Shown: positions 43,361-54,365, counted from the stretch's first letter. The stretch is 64,000 nt of DNA from an uncultured Candidatus Saccharibacteria bacterium (GCA_964582465.1 CAZOQX010000001.1:89214-153213), one strand, 5' to 3'. Notes: generated from the sequence alone by a model not told the origin. Program-made: numbers and translations.

Positions 43361-44803
43361 TTGGAGGGTCTATGCCCTCCTATGCATTTCAAACGCACTA
43401 CACTCGTAAGCTTATTCCTCGCCGCCACCTTAGGCGGCTTGCTGTTCGCCAAATTCGGTTGGCGCCTTAGTCCTTGGTGGCTGCCAGCTCCGCTAATCTT
43501 GTTTTCCAAACCTCTACGTCGTTCTAAAATTCTGGTGCCGGGCTTAATTCTTACCGGCCTGGCCATTGGTTTAATCCGCGGAAACGTTGCTCTCAAATCC
43601 GAGCGCGCCGTCCAGGGCTTGGTGGGCCAGAAGGTTAGCTTGGTTGGTCGGATTGCTGATGACCCCACCCAGCCCGAGACTAAGAGCTACGCGAGTTTTT
43701 CGCTCAACAATCCCCGCCTAAGTGGCCGCACGCTTCCTGGTCATTTCTACATCATTAGTTATGACACCAAGTTGAGACGATCCGAGCAAGTGGCAGTGTA
43801 CGGAAAACTGCGCCCGGGTTTTGGTAGTTTTCAAGCCGAGTTAATCGCCTCAACGACCCAAGTGCTTGATAGACGGGTGAGCTGGCTGGAGCAATTAAGG
43901 CGTAGCTTCTTTGTGGGCATGCAAACCGCCTTACCGGAGCCGCTAGGAGGGCTAGCCATCGGACTATTGGTTGGCAGCAAATCACTCCTACCCAAAACCC
44001 TACAGGCGGAGCTAACGGCGGTGGGGCTCGCCCACTTAATTGCGGTGTCGGGCTATAACTTAACCATTATTGTAAACGCGGTCCGAAATTTGCTCAGGCG
44101 CGGCTCGAAGTTCATGCGAACGGCCGTATCGGGCTGGCTGATCGCAGGCTTTGTGATTGTGAGCGGGGCGAGCCCCTCGATACTGAGAGCGGCAGTGGTA
44201 GCAGGCCTAATGCTCGCGGCGGATTACTACGGCCGGGCTGTTCGTCCCCTGGTCTTAATTTTGCTGGCAGCCGCGGCGACTGCTTTTATTAATCCGGAGA
44301 ATTTATGGCGTGATGTCGGCTGGCAACTATCCTTCCTGGCCTTCTTTGGCATCTTGGTAATCGCGCCAATTTTTACGGCTAAGCTCCACGGCCGGGCCAT
44401 CTTTCTTAAACAGATCGCACTCGAATCTTTGGCGGCTCAAATCATGACACTACCGCTGATATTGGTAGTTTTCGGTCAGCTCTCCGTGGTCTCGCCGCTG
44501 GCGAACTTATTGATATTACCGCTCGTGCCTCTGGCCATGCTCTTTAGCATGATCGCAGGCCTAGCCGGAATGCTCTGGCCGCTTGGCTCGGGGTGGTTGG
44601 GTTGGCCGGCGCTGATTTTGCTCGAAGTAATGTTAAGCGTGGTGGGGATACTGCACCAGCCGCACTGGGCTAGTTTGCAGCTAACTGCCGCCTGGCCAGC
44701 CGCTGTTGCAATTTATGCTTGCTTTGTAGCATGTCTACTTATGCGGCAGTGGTCGAACGGGCGGAATCTCAAGCAGTTTAGTATAATTGAAGGTGATAAA
44801 TAA
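43361..44803 (+). CDS. comEC: Competence protein ComEC/Rec2 (membrane channel domain only; no metallo-beta-lactamase domain)
   Basis: Multi-TM. Competence-domain hallmark AVGLAHLIAVSGYNLTIIV. 480 aa is short for ComEC. The true start may be M8 (43382). Confidence 0.75.
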   Translation: MEGLCPPMHFKRTTLVSLFLAATLGGLLFAKFGWRLSPWWLPAPLILFSKPLRRSKILVPGLILTGLAIGLIRGNVALKSERAVQGLVGQKVSLVGRIADDPTQPETKSYASFSLNNPRLSGRTLPGHFYIISYDTKLRRSEQVAVYGKLRPGFGSFQAELIASTTQVLDRRVSWLEQLRRSFFVGMQTALPEPLGGLAIGLLVGSKSLLPKTLQAELTAVGLAHLIAVSGYNLTIIVNAVRNLLRRGSKFMRTAVSGWLIAGFVIVSGASPSILRAAVVAGLMLAADYYGRAVRPLVLILLAAAATAFINPENLWRDVGWQLSFLAFFGILVIAPIFTAKLHGRAIFLKQIALESLAAQIMTLPLILVVFGQLSVVSPLANLLILPLVPLAMLFSMIAGLAGMLWPLGSGWLGWPALILLEVMLSVVGILHQPHWASLQLTAAWPAAVAIYACFVACLLMRQWSNGRNLKQFSIIEGDK

Positions 44804-44811
44804 GAGCGCTT

Positions 44812-45555
44812 ATGTCGGGTCATTCTAAATGGGCGGGGATTAAACATCAGAAAGCAATCGCTGACGCTAGACGCGGGCAGGCTTTTACGAAGGTTGCAAA
44901 TCTGCTGGTGCTTGCAGCCCGGCAGGGTGGCGCAAACCCCGAATCTAACTTCAAGCTGCGCTTGGCCATCGCTAAAGCTAAAGATGCCAATATGCCTAAT
45001 GCTAACATTGAACGAGCGATTCAGAAGGGCGCTGGCGGTGGAGCTGACGCGACGGTTGAGGAAATTTTATATGAAGGCTATGGCCCAGGCGGCACGGCCT
45101 TTCTGATTGAAGTTGCAACCGATAACCGTAACCGGGCGGCGGCCAGCGTTCGCTCCACGCTCAGTAAGCACGGTGGCCGCATGGCCGAGTCCGGCTCGGT
45201 GAGTTACCAGTTTGAGCAAAAAGGTGTGATTCAACTGGTCGCGTCCGATCCGGAGCAAGCCGCCCTGGACGCCATTGAAGCTGGTGCGAGCGACATTGAT
45301 GAAGGTGAGGGGGAGTTAACTGTTTACACCCTGCCGCAGCAGCTAGAAGCAGTCCGGGGCAAACTGCAGGTGGCCGGCTACGAAGTAAAATCAGCGGCCC
45401 TAGAGTTTGTGGCGAAGACCCCACTCACAATTTCGGATCCGAAGGTAGCCGCAAGCGTCATTAAACTTGCCGGCGCGCTGGATGAGCTGGACGATGTAGC
45501 GGCCACGCATGCTAATTTTGAAATTGATAACGCGTCATTGGAACAGCTCAGTTGA
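44812..45555 (+). CDS. yebC: YebC/PmpR family DNA-binding transcriptional regulator
   Basis: MSGHSKWAGIKHQKAIADARRGQ N-terminus is diagnostic. 247 aa. Confidence 0.9.
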   Translation: MSGHSKWAGIKHQKAIADARRGQAFTKVANLLVLAARQGGANPESNFKLRLAIAKAKDANMPNANIERAIQKGAGGGADATVEEILYEGYGPGGTAFLIEVATDNRNRAAASVRSTLSKHGGRMAESGSVSYQFEQKGVIQLVASDPEQAALDAIEAGASDIDEGEGELTVYTLPQQLEAVRGKLQVAGYEVKSAALEFVAKTPLTISDPKVAASVIKLAGALDELDDVAATHANFEIDNASLEQLS

Positions 45556-46037
45556 AAGTTCTGGGAATCGACCCTGGCACGGCTACGACCGGCTTTGGCG
45601 TGGTAGAACAAACCAGCCGCACGCTCACATTCATTGATGCTGGAGTAATTCAGACTTCCAAAGAGTCACTCATGCCGGATCGTCTAGAAACTATCTTTGC
45701 GGAGCTAACCGAGCTAGTGCTACAACATCGTCCGGACTTTATGGCGGTTGAGCAGCTGTTTTTTGCCCGTAATGTCACGACGGCTATGACAGTGGGGCAG
45801 GCTCGTGGCGTTATTCTGCTGGTGGCGGCTAAGCAACATGTGCCGGTGAGAGAATTTACGCCGCTGCAGGTCAAAATGGCCGTGACCGGCTATGGCCAGG
45901 CCAAGAAAGATCAAGTTCAACAAATGGTGAAGAATATTCTGAAGTTAAAGGTTATTCCGAGACCCGACGACGCAGCTGATGCACTAGCGGTGGCGATCGC
46001 GGGTTCGGCACAGCTCGAGGTTGGTCGTGGCGCCTAG
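45552..46037 (+). CDS. ruvC: Holliday junction resolvase RuvC
   Basis: MKVLGIDPGTATTGFGVVE with the catalytic Asp. 161 aa. Overlaps the yebC stop. Confidence 0.9.
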   Translation: MKVLGIDPGTATTGFGVVEQTSRTLTFIDAGVIQTSKESLMPDRLETIFAELTELVLQHRPDFMAVEQLFFARNVTTAMTVGQARGVILLVAAKQHVPVREFTPLQVKMAVTGYGQAKKDQVQQMVKNILKLKVIPRPDDAADALAVAIAGSAQLEVGRGA

Positions 46038-46839
46038 GCCTAATTTTAGCCCAGCGCTGATTCGGTCCGTCGCGGATTACGCCGAGAGGCTCGGTTTTAC
46101 CGGCAAAGTCGGTATTAATTCGCAGGCAATCAATAGCCGCTCAATTAGGAGAATGCTACGCAACATGCCTGACTATACTTTTGGTATCACTGCGATTGAA
46201 CAAGCTGTTGGTCGTAGAGAACTCAAGGCCTCAAAAGTCCGGGAAATTTTGGAGACTGCATCTGGGCTCAAGGTGCCGCGTTTCAACACCGCGGCCGCCG
46301 GTAGTTTTGAGCCGACTCAATCTGCCGCCGAGCTGCTGACAGCTGTGAGGCAGATCGCAAAGTCGGCTCAAGCTAGGGAAAAAATCATTTTCGCGACCGG
46401 GCATCCAGGCTCATTGCTCGGCTTTATGCAAATCTTAAGTGCTTGGGCTAAGGAGTTGGGCGGCGAGATTTGGCAGCTTAGTGCTGGTTTCCAAGCCGTG
46501 CGACATCGCAAACTTTTCATTGATGCGGTCGGGGATGTTATCGTCACTTCCGATAGTGCCTCGGCCTGGCATACCCACCGGCCAATTTTTATGGATGTAA
46601 TCCTCGCATCTGTACAGCCGGATTTGGTGGTGGCTGATCATGGTTTTACCGGGGCGGCCTTGAACGCTAATATTCCCTCGATTGGAATTTACGACACCAA
46701 CGACCCAGCGCTGCCAGTAGCGCAGTACCTTGGCCTGCCACTCACGGCTGTACCACTAAACGATAATCGGCTAAACTTACGAGGCACCGAACTGGCTAAA
46801 TTTGTAATCCAAAAAATGGCAGACGAAAATGCAATATGA
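46021..46839 (+). CDS. Hypothetical protein (272 aa)
   Basis: ORF overlapping the ruvC end. Motifs ATGHPGSLLGF and VVADHGF. No family assigned. Confidence 0.45.
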   Translation: MVVAPRPNFSPALIRSVADYAERLGFTGKVGINSQAINSRSIRRMLRNMPDYTFGITAIEQAVGRRELKASKVREILETASGLKVPRFNTAAAGSFEPTQSAAELLTAVRQIAKSAQAREKIIFATGHPGSLLGFMQILSAWAKELGGEIWQLSAGFQAVRHRKLFIDAVGDVIVTSDSASAWHTHRPIFMDVILASVQPDLVVADHGFTGAALNANIPSIGIYDTNDPALPVAQYLGLPLTAVPLNDNRLNLRGTELAKFVIQKMADENAI

Positions 46840-47839
46840 TTTGGCAGCTCTCGAGCTAAAACTAGTTAGAATTCTCCGCAAGCAGGGTTTTGTCACCAAC
46901 GAAATCAGGCTGATTGGTTTGCTGGGGCAGGGTAATCGGGGCAGTGTTTTTGCTTTGACCTTGGGCGGGATTTATCATGTGGTGAAAGTTTATAGCTCCA
47001 AGGATGATCTGCGGGCTGAGCTCAAAAATCTCAAGAAGGTTATTCCCAAGGACCGACTGCTATTTTGGTGGGAAGAGCAAAAGTACAGTCCTAAGGTTAA
47101 CTTTGTGGTGCTGGAGGTTCCGGAAGGACAAGAGCTAAATAGCAGCAATTTAACTGAATCCCGCGCCGAGATTCTAGCCGTTCGCCTGGCCGAGCTGCAT
47201 CGCATTCGCTATCGTCAGAGGGTCTCTGCGACTAGTTTGCGAGAGAAGCTGGAGCGCTCAATTCCAGCGTACCTCAAACACATCGAGCTTATGGGCCGAG
47301 ACATCGCGCCGTACAAAGCCATTTCTGATGAACTTGTGAAAGCGGTGCGCGACAACCCCGAGCAATTTAGAGTCAAGAAAGCTCGTATTCACGGCGATTT
47401 ATGGTGGGCTAATATTATTGTGACCAAAGAGGACGTTTACTTGGTAGACTGGGAAAGCCTACGGCGGGGTGATCCGGCCGAAGATATCGCCAAACTGCGT
47501 GTCATAACCTACGGTCACCGCAGTCCGCAACTACCAACCTTCTTCTGGCAAAGTGGGGACGATACTGGCAAGATGCCAATGCTCATGAAAAAAATACTGG
47601 AGTATTCCGATGATCCTGCACTCATCAAGCGTCTCCAGTTTTACATTGCCTACCAAGCTCTGCGTGAACTTGCTAGCCGTTACATCGGGGGCTCAACCCG
47701 CGAAGCCATGAACAAAATCGTGGCGGATGATCTTTTAAACTTGGCGCATGACCCGCTGGCTGCTCCGCCGGATCTTAACCAGTATGGCTATCTGGAAGAA
47801 GTCAAGCAGGAGCACGCCGTGGCCGGGGCTATCCGCTAG
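46829..47839 (+). CDS. Phosphotransferase-family kinase (APH / choline-kinase-like)
   Basis: HGDLWWANIIV (catalytic loop) and VDWESLRRGDPAEDIA (DxD-like) motifs characteristic of the APH/ChoK family. Confidence 0.65.
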   Translation: MQYDLAALELKLVRILRKQGFVTNEIRLIGLLGQGNRGSVFALTLGGIYHVVKVYSSKDDLRAELKNLKKVIPKDRLLFWWEEQKYSPKVNFVVLEVPEGQELNSSNLTESRAEILAVRLAELHRIRYRQRVSATSLREKLERSIPAYLKHIELMGRDIAPYKAISDELVKAVRDNPEQFRVKKARIHGDLWWANIIVTKEDVYLVDWESLRRGDPAEDIAKLRVITYGHRSPQLPTFFWQSGDDTGKMPMLMKKILEYSDDPALIKRLQFYIAYQALRELASRYIGGSTREAMNKIVADDLLNLAHDPLAAPPDLNQYGYLEEVKQEHAVAGAIR

Positions 47840-47897
47840 GCTGGCCTAACTGGCTAAAAGCCATTAAACTAAAAAGTCGAACCAAGGAAGTAAAGGA

Positions 47898-48968
47898 TTG
47901 AAAGAAACAACCAAACTGCGTATTGGCATCTTAGCTCCGACATTTTTGCCCATCCCATCTCCTAAGTACGGTGGTACCGAGCAGGTTGTTTGGCACCTGG
48001 CTGATGGGCTGGTGGATCGCGGTCACGACGTTACGCTCTTTGCTTCCGGCGATGCCAAAACCAAGGCTAAACTCGTGCCGATTTGGAAACAATCGTTTAT
48101 CGCTGAAGACCCGGTCGATGCCTTCGACTTTATCCGCCAAAGCTTTGCGGCCGCAGTGGCAAGTGGCATTGTGTACGAGCATGCCAAAGACCTGGACGTT
48201 TTGCACAGTCATGTGGAGGAACGTGGGCTGTTTGTAGCCCGCGTGGCCGGCTTGCCGCTCGTAAGTACCATTAATGGTAAAATTACTGGCCCCTACCAAG
48301 CCGTGACATACGATTATTACAAAGAGGTTATGAATATCGCGATCAGTCACAGGCACCGTGAGGTTAACGATATGATCGATTGGGCCGGAGTGGTATATAA
48401 CGGCGTAGACCTTAACCGAATTCCTTTTAAAGCGAAACCCGCGGGTGATTATTTGCTCTTCCTGGGCCGGATTTCGGACGAGAAAGATCCGGCCTCTGCC
48501 ATTAAAATCGCCCAGGCGCTAGGTATGCGCCTAGTAATTGCCGCCAAAATTGACCTGAAAGACCGGCGCTACTTTGAATCCGAGGTAAAGCCACTGCTTG
48601 ATGGCTACAAAAAGGCGGAGTTCATCGGTGAGGTTGATTTTGCGACCAAAGTTAAGCTTTACCAGGATGCTCGGGCGACGCTTTTTCCGATCGACTGGGA
48701 GGAGCCATTTGGCCTGGTGATGGTAGAAAGTATGGCGGCCGGTACACCAGTGATAGCTCGTCACCGCGGCTCAGTCCCGGAAATCGTGGCACACGGAGTC
48801 AGCGGTTTCGTGGGAGAAACGAACGAGGAATTGATCGAGTTTACCAGGCGAGTGGACGAAATTGACAGGGCTGCCTGCCGCGCGCAGGCTGAAAAGTTTA
48901 GTGCCGACCGCATGGTGGAGGGTTATCTGGAGTTTTATCGGCGCGCCATTGCCCAGCATGCTAGGTAG
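47898..48968 (+). CDS. Glycosyltransferase family 4 (GT-B, group 1)
   Basis: EPFGLVMVESMAAGTPVIA E-x7-E motif. N-terminal GTEQVVWHL. Confidence 0.85.
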   Translation: MKETTKLRIGILAPTFLPIPSPKYGGTEQVVWHLADGLVDRGHDVTLFASGDAKTKAKLVPIWKQSFIAEDPVDAFDFIRQSFAAAVASGIVYEHAKDLDVLHSHVEERGLFVARVAGLPLVSTINGKITGPYQAVTYDYYKEVMNIAISHRHREVNDMIDWAGVVYNGVDLNRIPFKAKPAGDYLLFLGRISDEKDPASAIKIAQALGMRLVIAAKIDLKDRRYFESEVKPLLDGYKKAEFIGEVDFATKVKLYQDARATLFPIDWEEPFGLVMVESMAAGTPVIARHRGSVPEIVAHGVSGFVGETNEELIEFTRRVDEIDRAACRAQAEKFSADRMVEGYLEFYRRAIAQHAR

Positions 48969-49025
48969 GTTTTAAGCGGCGTCCTAACCTATAATTCGAC
49001 TCAATCTTGACCTATAATAAAGCCT

Positions 49026-50606
49026 ATGCCTGAGGAGTTTGGGAAAAGTGCAATGCCTGAAAATCCTGGCGAGTCGTTTCGCCCGCCCAGTGCTCTTCGT
49101 GACCTGGAGCAAGTGCGGACACCGGAAGGTGTAGCGGCGAGCGCCGATTATTTATTCGCGAACGCCATCTTTGGTCGCGATTCAATCGAAGTGGCCTACG
49201 ATCTCTACCGCTATAAGCCTGAGATCGCAAAGGACGTTATTTTTTCATTGCTGAATCTGCAGGGCCGTAAAGCTGATTCCGTGACGGCCGAAGAGCCAGG
49301 TCGCATTCATCACGAGGCGCGCCGGCCGGTCGTAGAAGATAGTGATCAGGCTCGACAGTCCAATACTATCCTCGAACGTTTGAAGACCGAGCGCGGTATC
49401 ACTACGCCTGAGTACGTCAGTTATACCTCGGTTGATGCGACGCCACTGTTTGTACGGATGGCGTGCGCTTATCTGAAAGAGCACGGCGATAGTTTATCGA
49501 GTACCCAGAAACAGGAGCTTGAGTCCGGAATAGTGGCGGCGGTTGGGTGGATCGAGCAGCGTATCAATAGTTCTGATCTTGCTCTCATCGAGAGCCTGCC
49601 GCCCCAGCACGCCGCCGGCAGTAACGGCTCAGAGACATTGCTGGATGGGCGGTCGGTTTATATTCACCCGAGCGGTGAGCGCTTTAATGAGTCACAGCCG
49701 CTGGCTTCACCCGAAGTCCAGGCTTACGCCGTGGACGCCTTGCGCGGGGCGGCGGACCTACTGGCTGCGACCCCGGGCTTTGATGCCCAGGCGCAGCGCT
49801 GGGTAGAAGAAGCTGATTTATTGCAGCGTCGCACCCTCGAGCTTTTTTGGATGCCGGAGGAAGGCTATTTTGCTATGGGCATAGACCGTAACGAGTCCGG
49901 CACGCCGCGTCAAATTAGGTCTCAGTCTTTAAACCCGGCCATGATGCTAGACACCAGTCTCTTCGACGGCCTAAACGAAACCGAGGACAAACGCTATGTC
50001 GGAGGCATCATTGAGCACATTTATAGCAACGAATTTATGACACCAGTGGGCCTCAGAACCAAGGCTTTGCGCCACGCCGGCGCCACTGGATACACTGATT
50101 ATCAAGGCGCCTGGACGGTTTGGTATCGCGTAAATTATGATGTAGCGCGGGGTTTACAAAGGCAAGGGTTCGGACACCTGGCCGATCAAATCAAAGCCCG
50201 CTTGTTAAACGGCATTAACTTAAGTCAGGGAAATTACGAATTTGCTATCGTTGATCCAAGCGGCGAAGTCCACTACGATGTCGCCGAACGCTTGGCCGGG
50301 GAGCGGAGAGTCTTAGCGGCCACTAATGTGCCGGAGGCGCCACAGGCCTGGACTGTTTCTTTAGCGCTCGCGATTAAAAAAGAACTGGATGGGCGTGCTC
50401 GCGCCAGTGAGGTGCCAGAAGTGACTGAGGGATGGCGGGGCGATTTGGAAACTGAGAGTTTGCGTCGTGTGCCTGACGTTCAAATTATGAAATGGCGCTC
50501 GGAGTTATTGGAGAGGTTCCAAAATACCACTCTCTATCATATTGATACTGATCTCGGTAAACAGGCTGAGGCCACACGCTACCCCAATACGGGGGCCAAG
50601 TCGTGA
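49026..50606 (+). CDS. Large hypothetical protein (526 aa), possibly (alpha/alpha)6 glycosidase / amylo-alpha-1,6-glucosidase-like
   Basis: EPGRIHHE motif resembles the conserved EPGKIxHE of the glycogen-debranching GDE_C family. Weak, recalled from memory. Confidence 0.4.
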   Translation: MPEEFGKSAMPENPGESFRPPSALRDLEQVRTPEGVAASADYLFANAIFGRDSIEVAYDLYRYKPEIAKDVIFSLLNLQGRKADSVTAEEPGRIHHEARRPVVEDSDQARQSNTILERLKTERGITTPEYVSYTSVDATPLFVRMACAYLKEHGDSLSSTQKQELESGIVAAVGWIEQRINSSDLALIESLPPQHAAGSNGSETLLDGRSVYIHPSGERFNESQPLASPEVQAYAVDALRGAADLLAATPGFDAQAQRWVEEADLLQRRTLELFWMPEEGYFAMGIDRNESGTPRQIRSQSLNPAMMLDTSLFDGLNETEDKRYVGGIIEHIYSNEFMTPVGLRTKALRHAGATGYTDYQGAWTVWYRVNYDVARGLQRQGFGHLADQIKARLLNGINLSQGNYEFAIVDPSGEVHYDVAERLAGERRVLAATNVPEAPQAWTVSLALAIKKELDGRARASEVPEVTEGWRGDLETESLRRVPDVQIMKWRSELLERFQNTTLYHIDTDLGKQAEATRYPNTGAKS

Positions 50607-51157
50607 TCGCTACTATTTCGGGGCAAGTTAGCCAAGTTCGTTCCGGATCGGTGGTGGTGGAGTTGGGCGGCCTAGGCTACGAAGTTTTCTTGCCGCTGTC
50701 GGAGGTTTTGGCTCTGAAGGAAGGGGCGAATATAAAGCTGTTTATTCACGAACACATTCGCGAGGATGCTCATACGCTCTATGGATTTAGTGACAACTCC
50801 GCGCAGGATTTATTCGAAAATCTGTTGAGTGTGAGCGGTGTTGGGCCCAAGGTGGCATTGGCGATTTTATCATCGGCGCCGACTGCAAAAATTAAAGAAG
50901 CTTTGGCTGGCGGCGATGCCGACGTTTTTAAAGCCATCGCGGGCGTCGGCCAAAAGACGGCCCAGCGCATCATTGTAGAGCTTCGGGGCAAGCTGGAAGC
51001 TTCAAGTCAGGCTCAGCCGGCTGATCCAGCCTATCAAGCTCTCATTAGCTTGGGTTACACCGCTGCCCAAGCGGCGAAGGCTGCTGCGGCCGTACCAGCC
51101 GATATCACCGACGAGCAGCATCGTATTAAGGCGGCGCTCAAGGAACTAGGCAGTTGA
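50603..51157 (+). CDS. ruvA: Holliday junction helicase subunit RuvA
   Basis: OB-fold N-terminus. HhH pairs [16 protein letters not shown] / [14 protein letters not shown]. Confidence 0.9.
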   Translation: MIATISGQVSQVRSGSVVVELGGLGYEVFLPLSEVLALKEGANIKLFIHEHIREDAHTLYGFSDNSAQDLFENLLSVSGVGPKVALAILSSAPTAKIKEALAGGDADVFKAIAGVGQKTAQRIIVELRGKLEASSQAQPADPAYQALISLGYTAAQAAKAAAAVPADITDEQHRIKAALKELGS

Positions 51158-52185
51158 TCGAGCGTATTACTAATCCCGAAGAAGAGGTGAGTGAGCAAGA
51201 GGGTAACTTTGAGGAAACGCTCCGGCCACATTCTTTTTCTAGCTACATTGGGCAAGTGCCTCTGAAGGACAATATTAAACTCGCTATTGCCGCCGCCGCT
51301 AAGCGTGGTGAACAGATCGACCATACCTTGCTGTATGGCCCGCCGGGATTAGGCAAAACTACTTTGGCTCACGTCATAGCGCGGGAAGTCGGTACGAATA
51401 TTCGAGTGACCTCAGGTCCAGCGGTCGAACGGGCCGGTGATTTAGCATCAATTCTCACTAATCTGAGTGATGGTGATATTTTGTTCGTTGATGAAATTCA
51501 CCGCTTGCACCGGACAGTGGAGGAGGTGCTTTATCCCGCCATGGAAGATTTTGCCCTCGACCTTGTGCTCGGGAAGGGGCCGGCCGCCCGGTCGCTGCGT
51601 CTAGACTTGCCGAAGTTTACAATGATCGGTGCCACTACTCGGGTGGGGGCGTTATCCGCGCCGCTGCGCGACCGGTTCGGAATGGTGTACCGCTTGGAGT
51701 ACTATGAGCCGGCTGATATTGAGAAAATTATTAAACGCTCGGCGCGCATCCTTAAGGCCGATATCGAAACGGCGGCAGCGGAGGAGATTGCCCGTCGTTC
51801 GCGCCTGACCCCGCGCATTGCTAATCGTCTGCTGAAGCGGGTTCGCGACTATGCTGAGGTTAAGGCCGATGGTAAAATTACGCGCCCGTTGGCTCTCGAG
51901 GCTCTGGCCAATCTTGAGATCGACGAGCTGGGACTGGATTCCAATGACCGTAAGATGCTTGCGATCATTATCGAGCGTTACAAGGGCGGGCCGGTTGGCC
52001 TCGACACCATTGCTGCGATCTCTGGCGAAGAACGCCAAACTATCGAAGATGTCCATGAACCTTTTTTGCTCCAAATTGGAATGCTGGAACGAACACCCAG
52101 GGGCAGAAGGGTCACACCCGAAGCCTACAAGCATTTAGGCCACGACGTTCCCGGAGGCCAGTCTAGCTTGCTGGGTCAAAACTAA
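51154..52185 (+). CDS. ruvB: Holliday junction helicase RuvB
   Basis: AAA+ Walker [19 protein letters not shown]. Walker [11 protein letters not shown]. Confidence 0.95.
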   Translation: MIERITNPEEEVSEQEGNFEETLRPHSFSSYIGQVPLKDNIKLAIAAAAKRGEQIDHTLLYGPPGLGKTTLAHVIAREVGTNIRVTSGPAVERAGDLASILTNLSDGDILFVDEIHRLHRTVEEVLYPAMEDFALDLVLGKGPAARSLRLDLPKFTMIGATTRVGALSAPLRDRFGMVYRLEYYEPADIEKIIKRSARILKADIETAAAEEIARRSRLTPRIANRLLKRVRDYAEVKADGKITRPLALEALANLEIDELGLDSNDRKMLAIIIERYKGGPVGLDTIAAISGEERQTIEDVHEPFLLQIGMLERTPRGRRVTPEAYKHLGHDVPGGQSSLLGQN

Positions 52186-54077
52186 TGCAGTTGGCTGATG
52201 GAGTCTGGTTGGCAGGGCCGTTCTACATTGATTTTGACGCCCTGGGCCAACTACGTATTGCGGGTCCAGGGAATCATTTATTTTTTGGCAGTGCTGGCTT
52301 GTATAAAAAAGATCTACAGATTGACCAGGTTGAAACCGTCGATGGACAGGCGGTGATTGAGGGGTATATTAAGGCCAAGAGTTTTTTGTGGCACGACCCG
52401 GCGCTGGGACATATCCGTAAGGTTCGGCGTCTGGTTGAACTACCTCATAAAACCAAGCCGACTTTTCTCAAGGTGTTTAAGGAAGATCCTGACGCCCTGG
52501 CCCCTAACTTCATTGGCGCCGAGCAGGAGGCAGGCGGCCATGAAATTTCCTATCGCAGAGTTTTTCAAGATCATTGGTACGGCGTGCGACTAATCTTGCC
52601 GCAGACTGTGCGTGTCAAGCGGAAGGACCGCCAACGTGGCTTTAAACTTATCTTAAATAAGGGCGAAATGATCCCTTTCAAACTGGTGACTGACGCCGAC
52701 CATTTGCCGAGGCCGGAGCTGTCGCAGGTTGTACTGACAGACGACTTGGCCGACATAGTGAAGGCGCGACCTGAGCTCGCCCCGATTATTCGTCGGGCAA
52801 GTGCCGAAGCAGAGTACCTAGTTAAATACGATAAAACCAGCGGCTTTGAATATGGTACGGTTTTTCCTCGTGACTGGGTTGAGTCGGCCGACTTAGGTAC
52901 ACACAATCTCACGCCGGAAGCTGTTCGCTACATGCACCACAAGGCGCTAGAATTCGTCGATCCGGCCGGTGAAGCTTGGCACGAAAATATTATTGGTGAG
53001 TTTGCCTATGAGCGCCGGCAGGAAGCCGAGGAGCTTGAGGGCACGATGGATGATCTTTTATCCCGTTCGAGTAAGCTGACGACGGCCATGCGGACCATCA
53101 TCGGCCAACTCGAGGCGACATATGTCTCTAGGCACATGATTGATGTTGAGCCTCGTTATCTATTGGGTTTATTTTCCTACGACCCGAAGGATTTGAATAG
53201 AAAGGACCTTGAGCGCTTGGCTCGGGTGGCGCGACTAGTATTGGAACAAGCTAGGTCAAACCAGCTGATTACTTTCAAACGGCTCTCTCCTCTCTACAAA
53301 CGCCACAAGCATGATGAGTACCACCAGGTTGGTAATTGGCGAGACAGCCGCACTGCCTATCTCGGAGCGGAGCCGCCGATTGCTCCCTTTGACGTTAATG
53401 CCGTCTTCTACCCGCAGGCGCTCGTGCAAATTAAGCGCTACGCCAAAGTGCTGCAGGTTGAGGCTCCGGACATTGATGAATTAATCGCCAAATGGCTAGA
53501 GGTCAAGAAGTGGTATAAGTTTAAAAACCTCGATGGGCAGACTGCCTATGCTCTGGCATTATATGGGGTGAGTGATGCCAGGGATGGCATTCAATTTAAA
53601 CAGCTGAAAGTTAATCATTTGGATGAGTCGTACGACTTATTCTTCGGCACGCCGAGCGAAGCGGACGTTGCTAGTTTCTCTAAACGCTTGATTGACCCGT
53701 ACTACTTCTTTACGCCTTCGGGGCCGACGCTGGTTGGTCAGCGCGATGGCTACAGTACTACCGGCTACCATGGGACGGTGATCTGGACGAAGCAAACGGC
53801 TTTTACAGTGGCGGGCTTGCGGCGGCAAAAGGAGCGCTCTCGGGCCGAGGGTTGGAGCCAGCCTACTCAAGCCCTGATTGATCAGTCGCTCCGCCAAACT
53901 TCGCATGCTGCCCTAGATGCCTTCATTAAACTAGAGGGGTTTCCCGAACTGCACTACGACCTGAAAGGCCAGCCGCATTTCTACAGCGACCAGCCTAAGG
54001 CGGAAGGTCCGATGAATAAAGTTCAGCTTTGGAGTGCCGTCGGTGCGCTGCGGATTATTCGTGATAGCTTGCTCTAA
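52185..54077 (+). CDS. Large conserved hypothetical protein (630 aa)
   Basis: Long ORF coupled to the ruvB stop. Faint YHGTVIWT motif reminiscent of six-hairpin glycosidases. No confident family. Confidence 0.45.
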   Translation: MQLADGVWLAGPFYIDFDALGQLRIAGPGNHLFFGSAGLYKKDLQIDQVETVDGQAVIEGYIKAKSFLWHDPALGHIRKVRRLVELPHKTKPTFLKVFKEDPDALAPNFIGAEQEAGGHEISYRRVFQDHWYGVRLILPQTVRVKRKDRQRGFKLILNKGEMIPFKLVTDADHLPRPELSQVVLTDDLADIVKARPELAPIIRRASAEAEYLVKYDKTSGFEYGTVFPRDWVESADLGTHNLTPEAVRYMHHKALEFVDPAGEAWHENIIGEFAYERRQEAEELEGTMDDLLSRSSKLTTAMRTIIGQLEATYVSRHMIDVEPRYLLGLFSYDPKDLNRKDLERLARVARLVLEQARSNQLITFKRLSPLYKRHKHDEYHQVGNWRDSRTAYLGAEPPIAPFDVNAVFYPQALVQIKRYAKVLQVEAPDIDELIAKWLEVKKWYKFKNLDGQTAYALALYGVSDARDGIQFKQLKVNHLDESYDLFFGTPSEADVASFSKRLIDPYYFFTPSGPTLVGQRDGYSTTGYHGTVIWTKQTAFTVAGLRRQKERSRAEGWSQPTQALIDQSLRQTSHAALDAFIKLEGFPELHYDLKGQPHFYSDQPKAEGPMNKVQLWSAVGALRIIRDSLL

Positions 54078-54365
54078 CTAGCCGGAAAAGGGGTCGCTCT
54101 TGCCCAAGTTGGTTTTGGGCGCCTGTGGCACAGTTTGGAGATTTGAAATCGAGTTGAGCAATTTTTGGTCGAACTGGAAATGTTTTAACTTGTTGTTGGC
54201 CGTAGTCAAATATTGATCGTCGGGGCCAGCCGCGACGATGGAACTGAGCTGGTAAAGAGAATAACCGCACAAAAGAATTACCACGATCGCGATAAGGAAG
54301 AATTTAATCCGGTCGACGGTGTGTAGGAGTTTGAGAGCTTGGGATTTTATTTGGTCTAATTTCAT
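54078..54365 (-). CDS. Small single-TM protein at the distal end of the pilus operon (PilP-like position)
   Basis: 95 aa, one TM helix. Start overlaps the pilO stop. Confidence 0.4.
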   Translation of the reverse strand: MKLDQIKSQALKLLHTVDRIKFFLIAIVVILLCGYSLYQLSSIVAAGPDDQYLTTANNKLKHFQFDQKLLNSISNLQTVPQAPKTNLGKSDPFSG

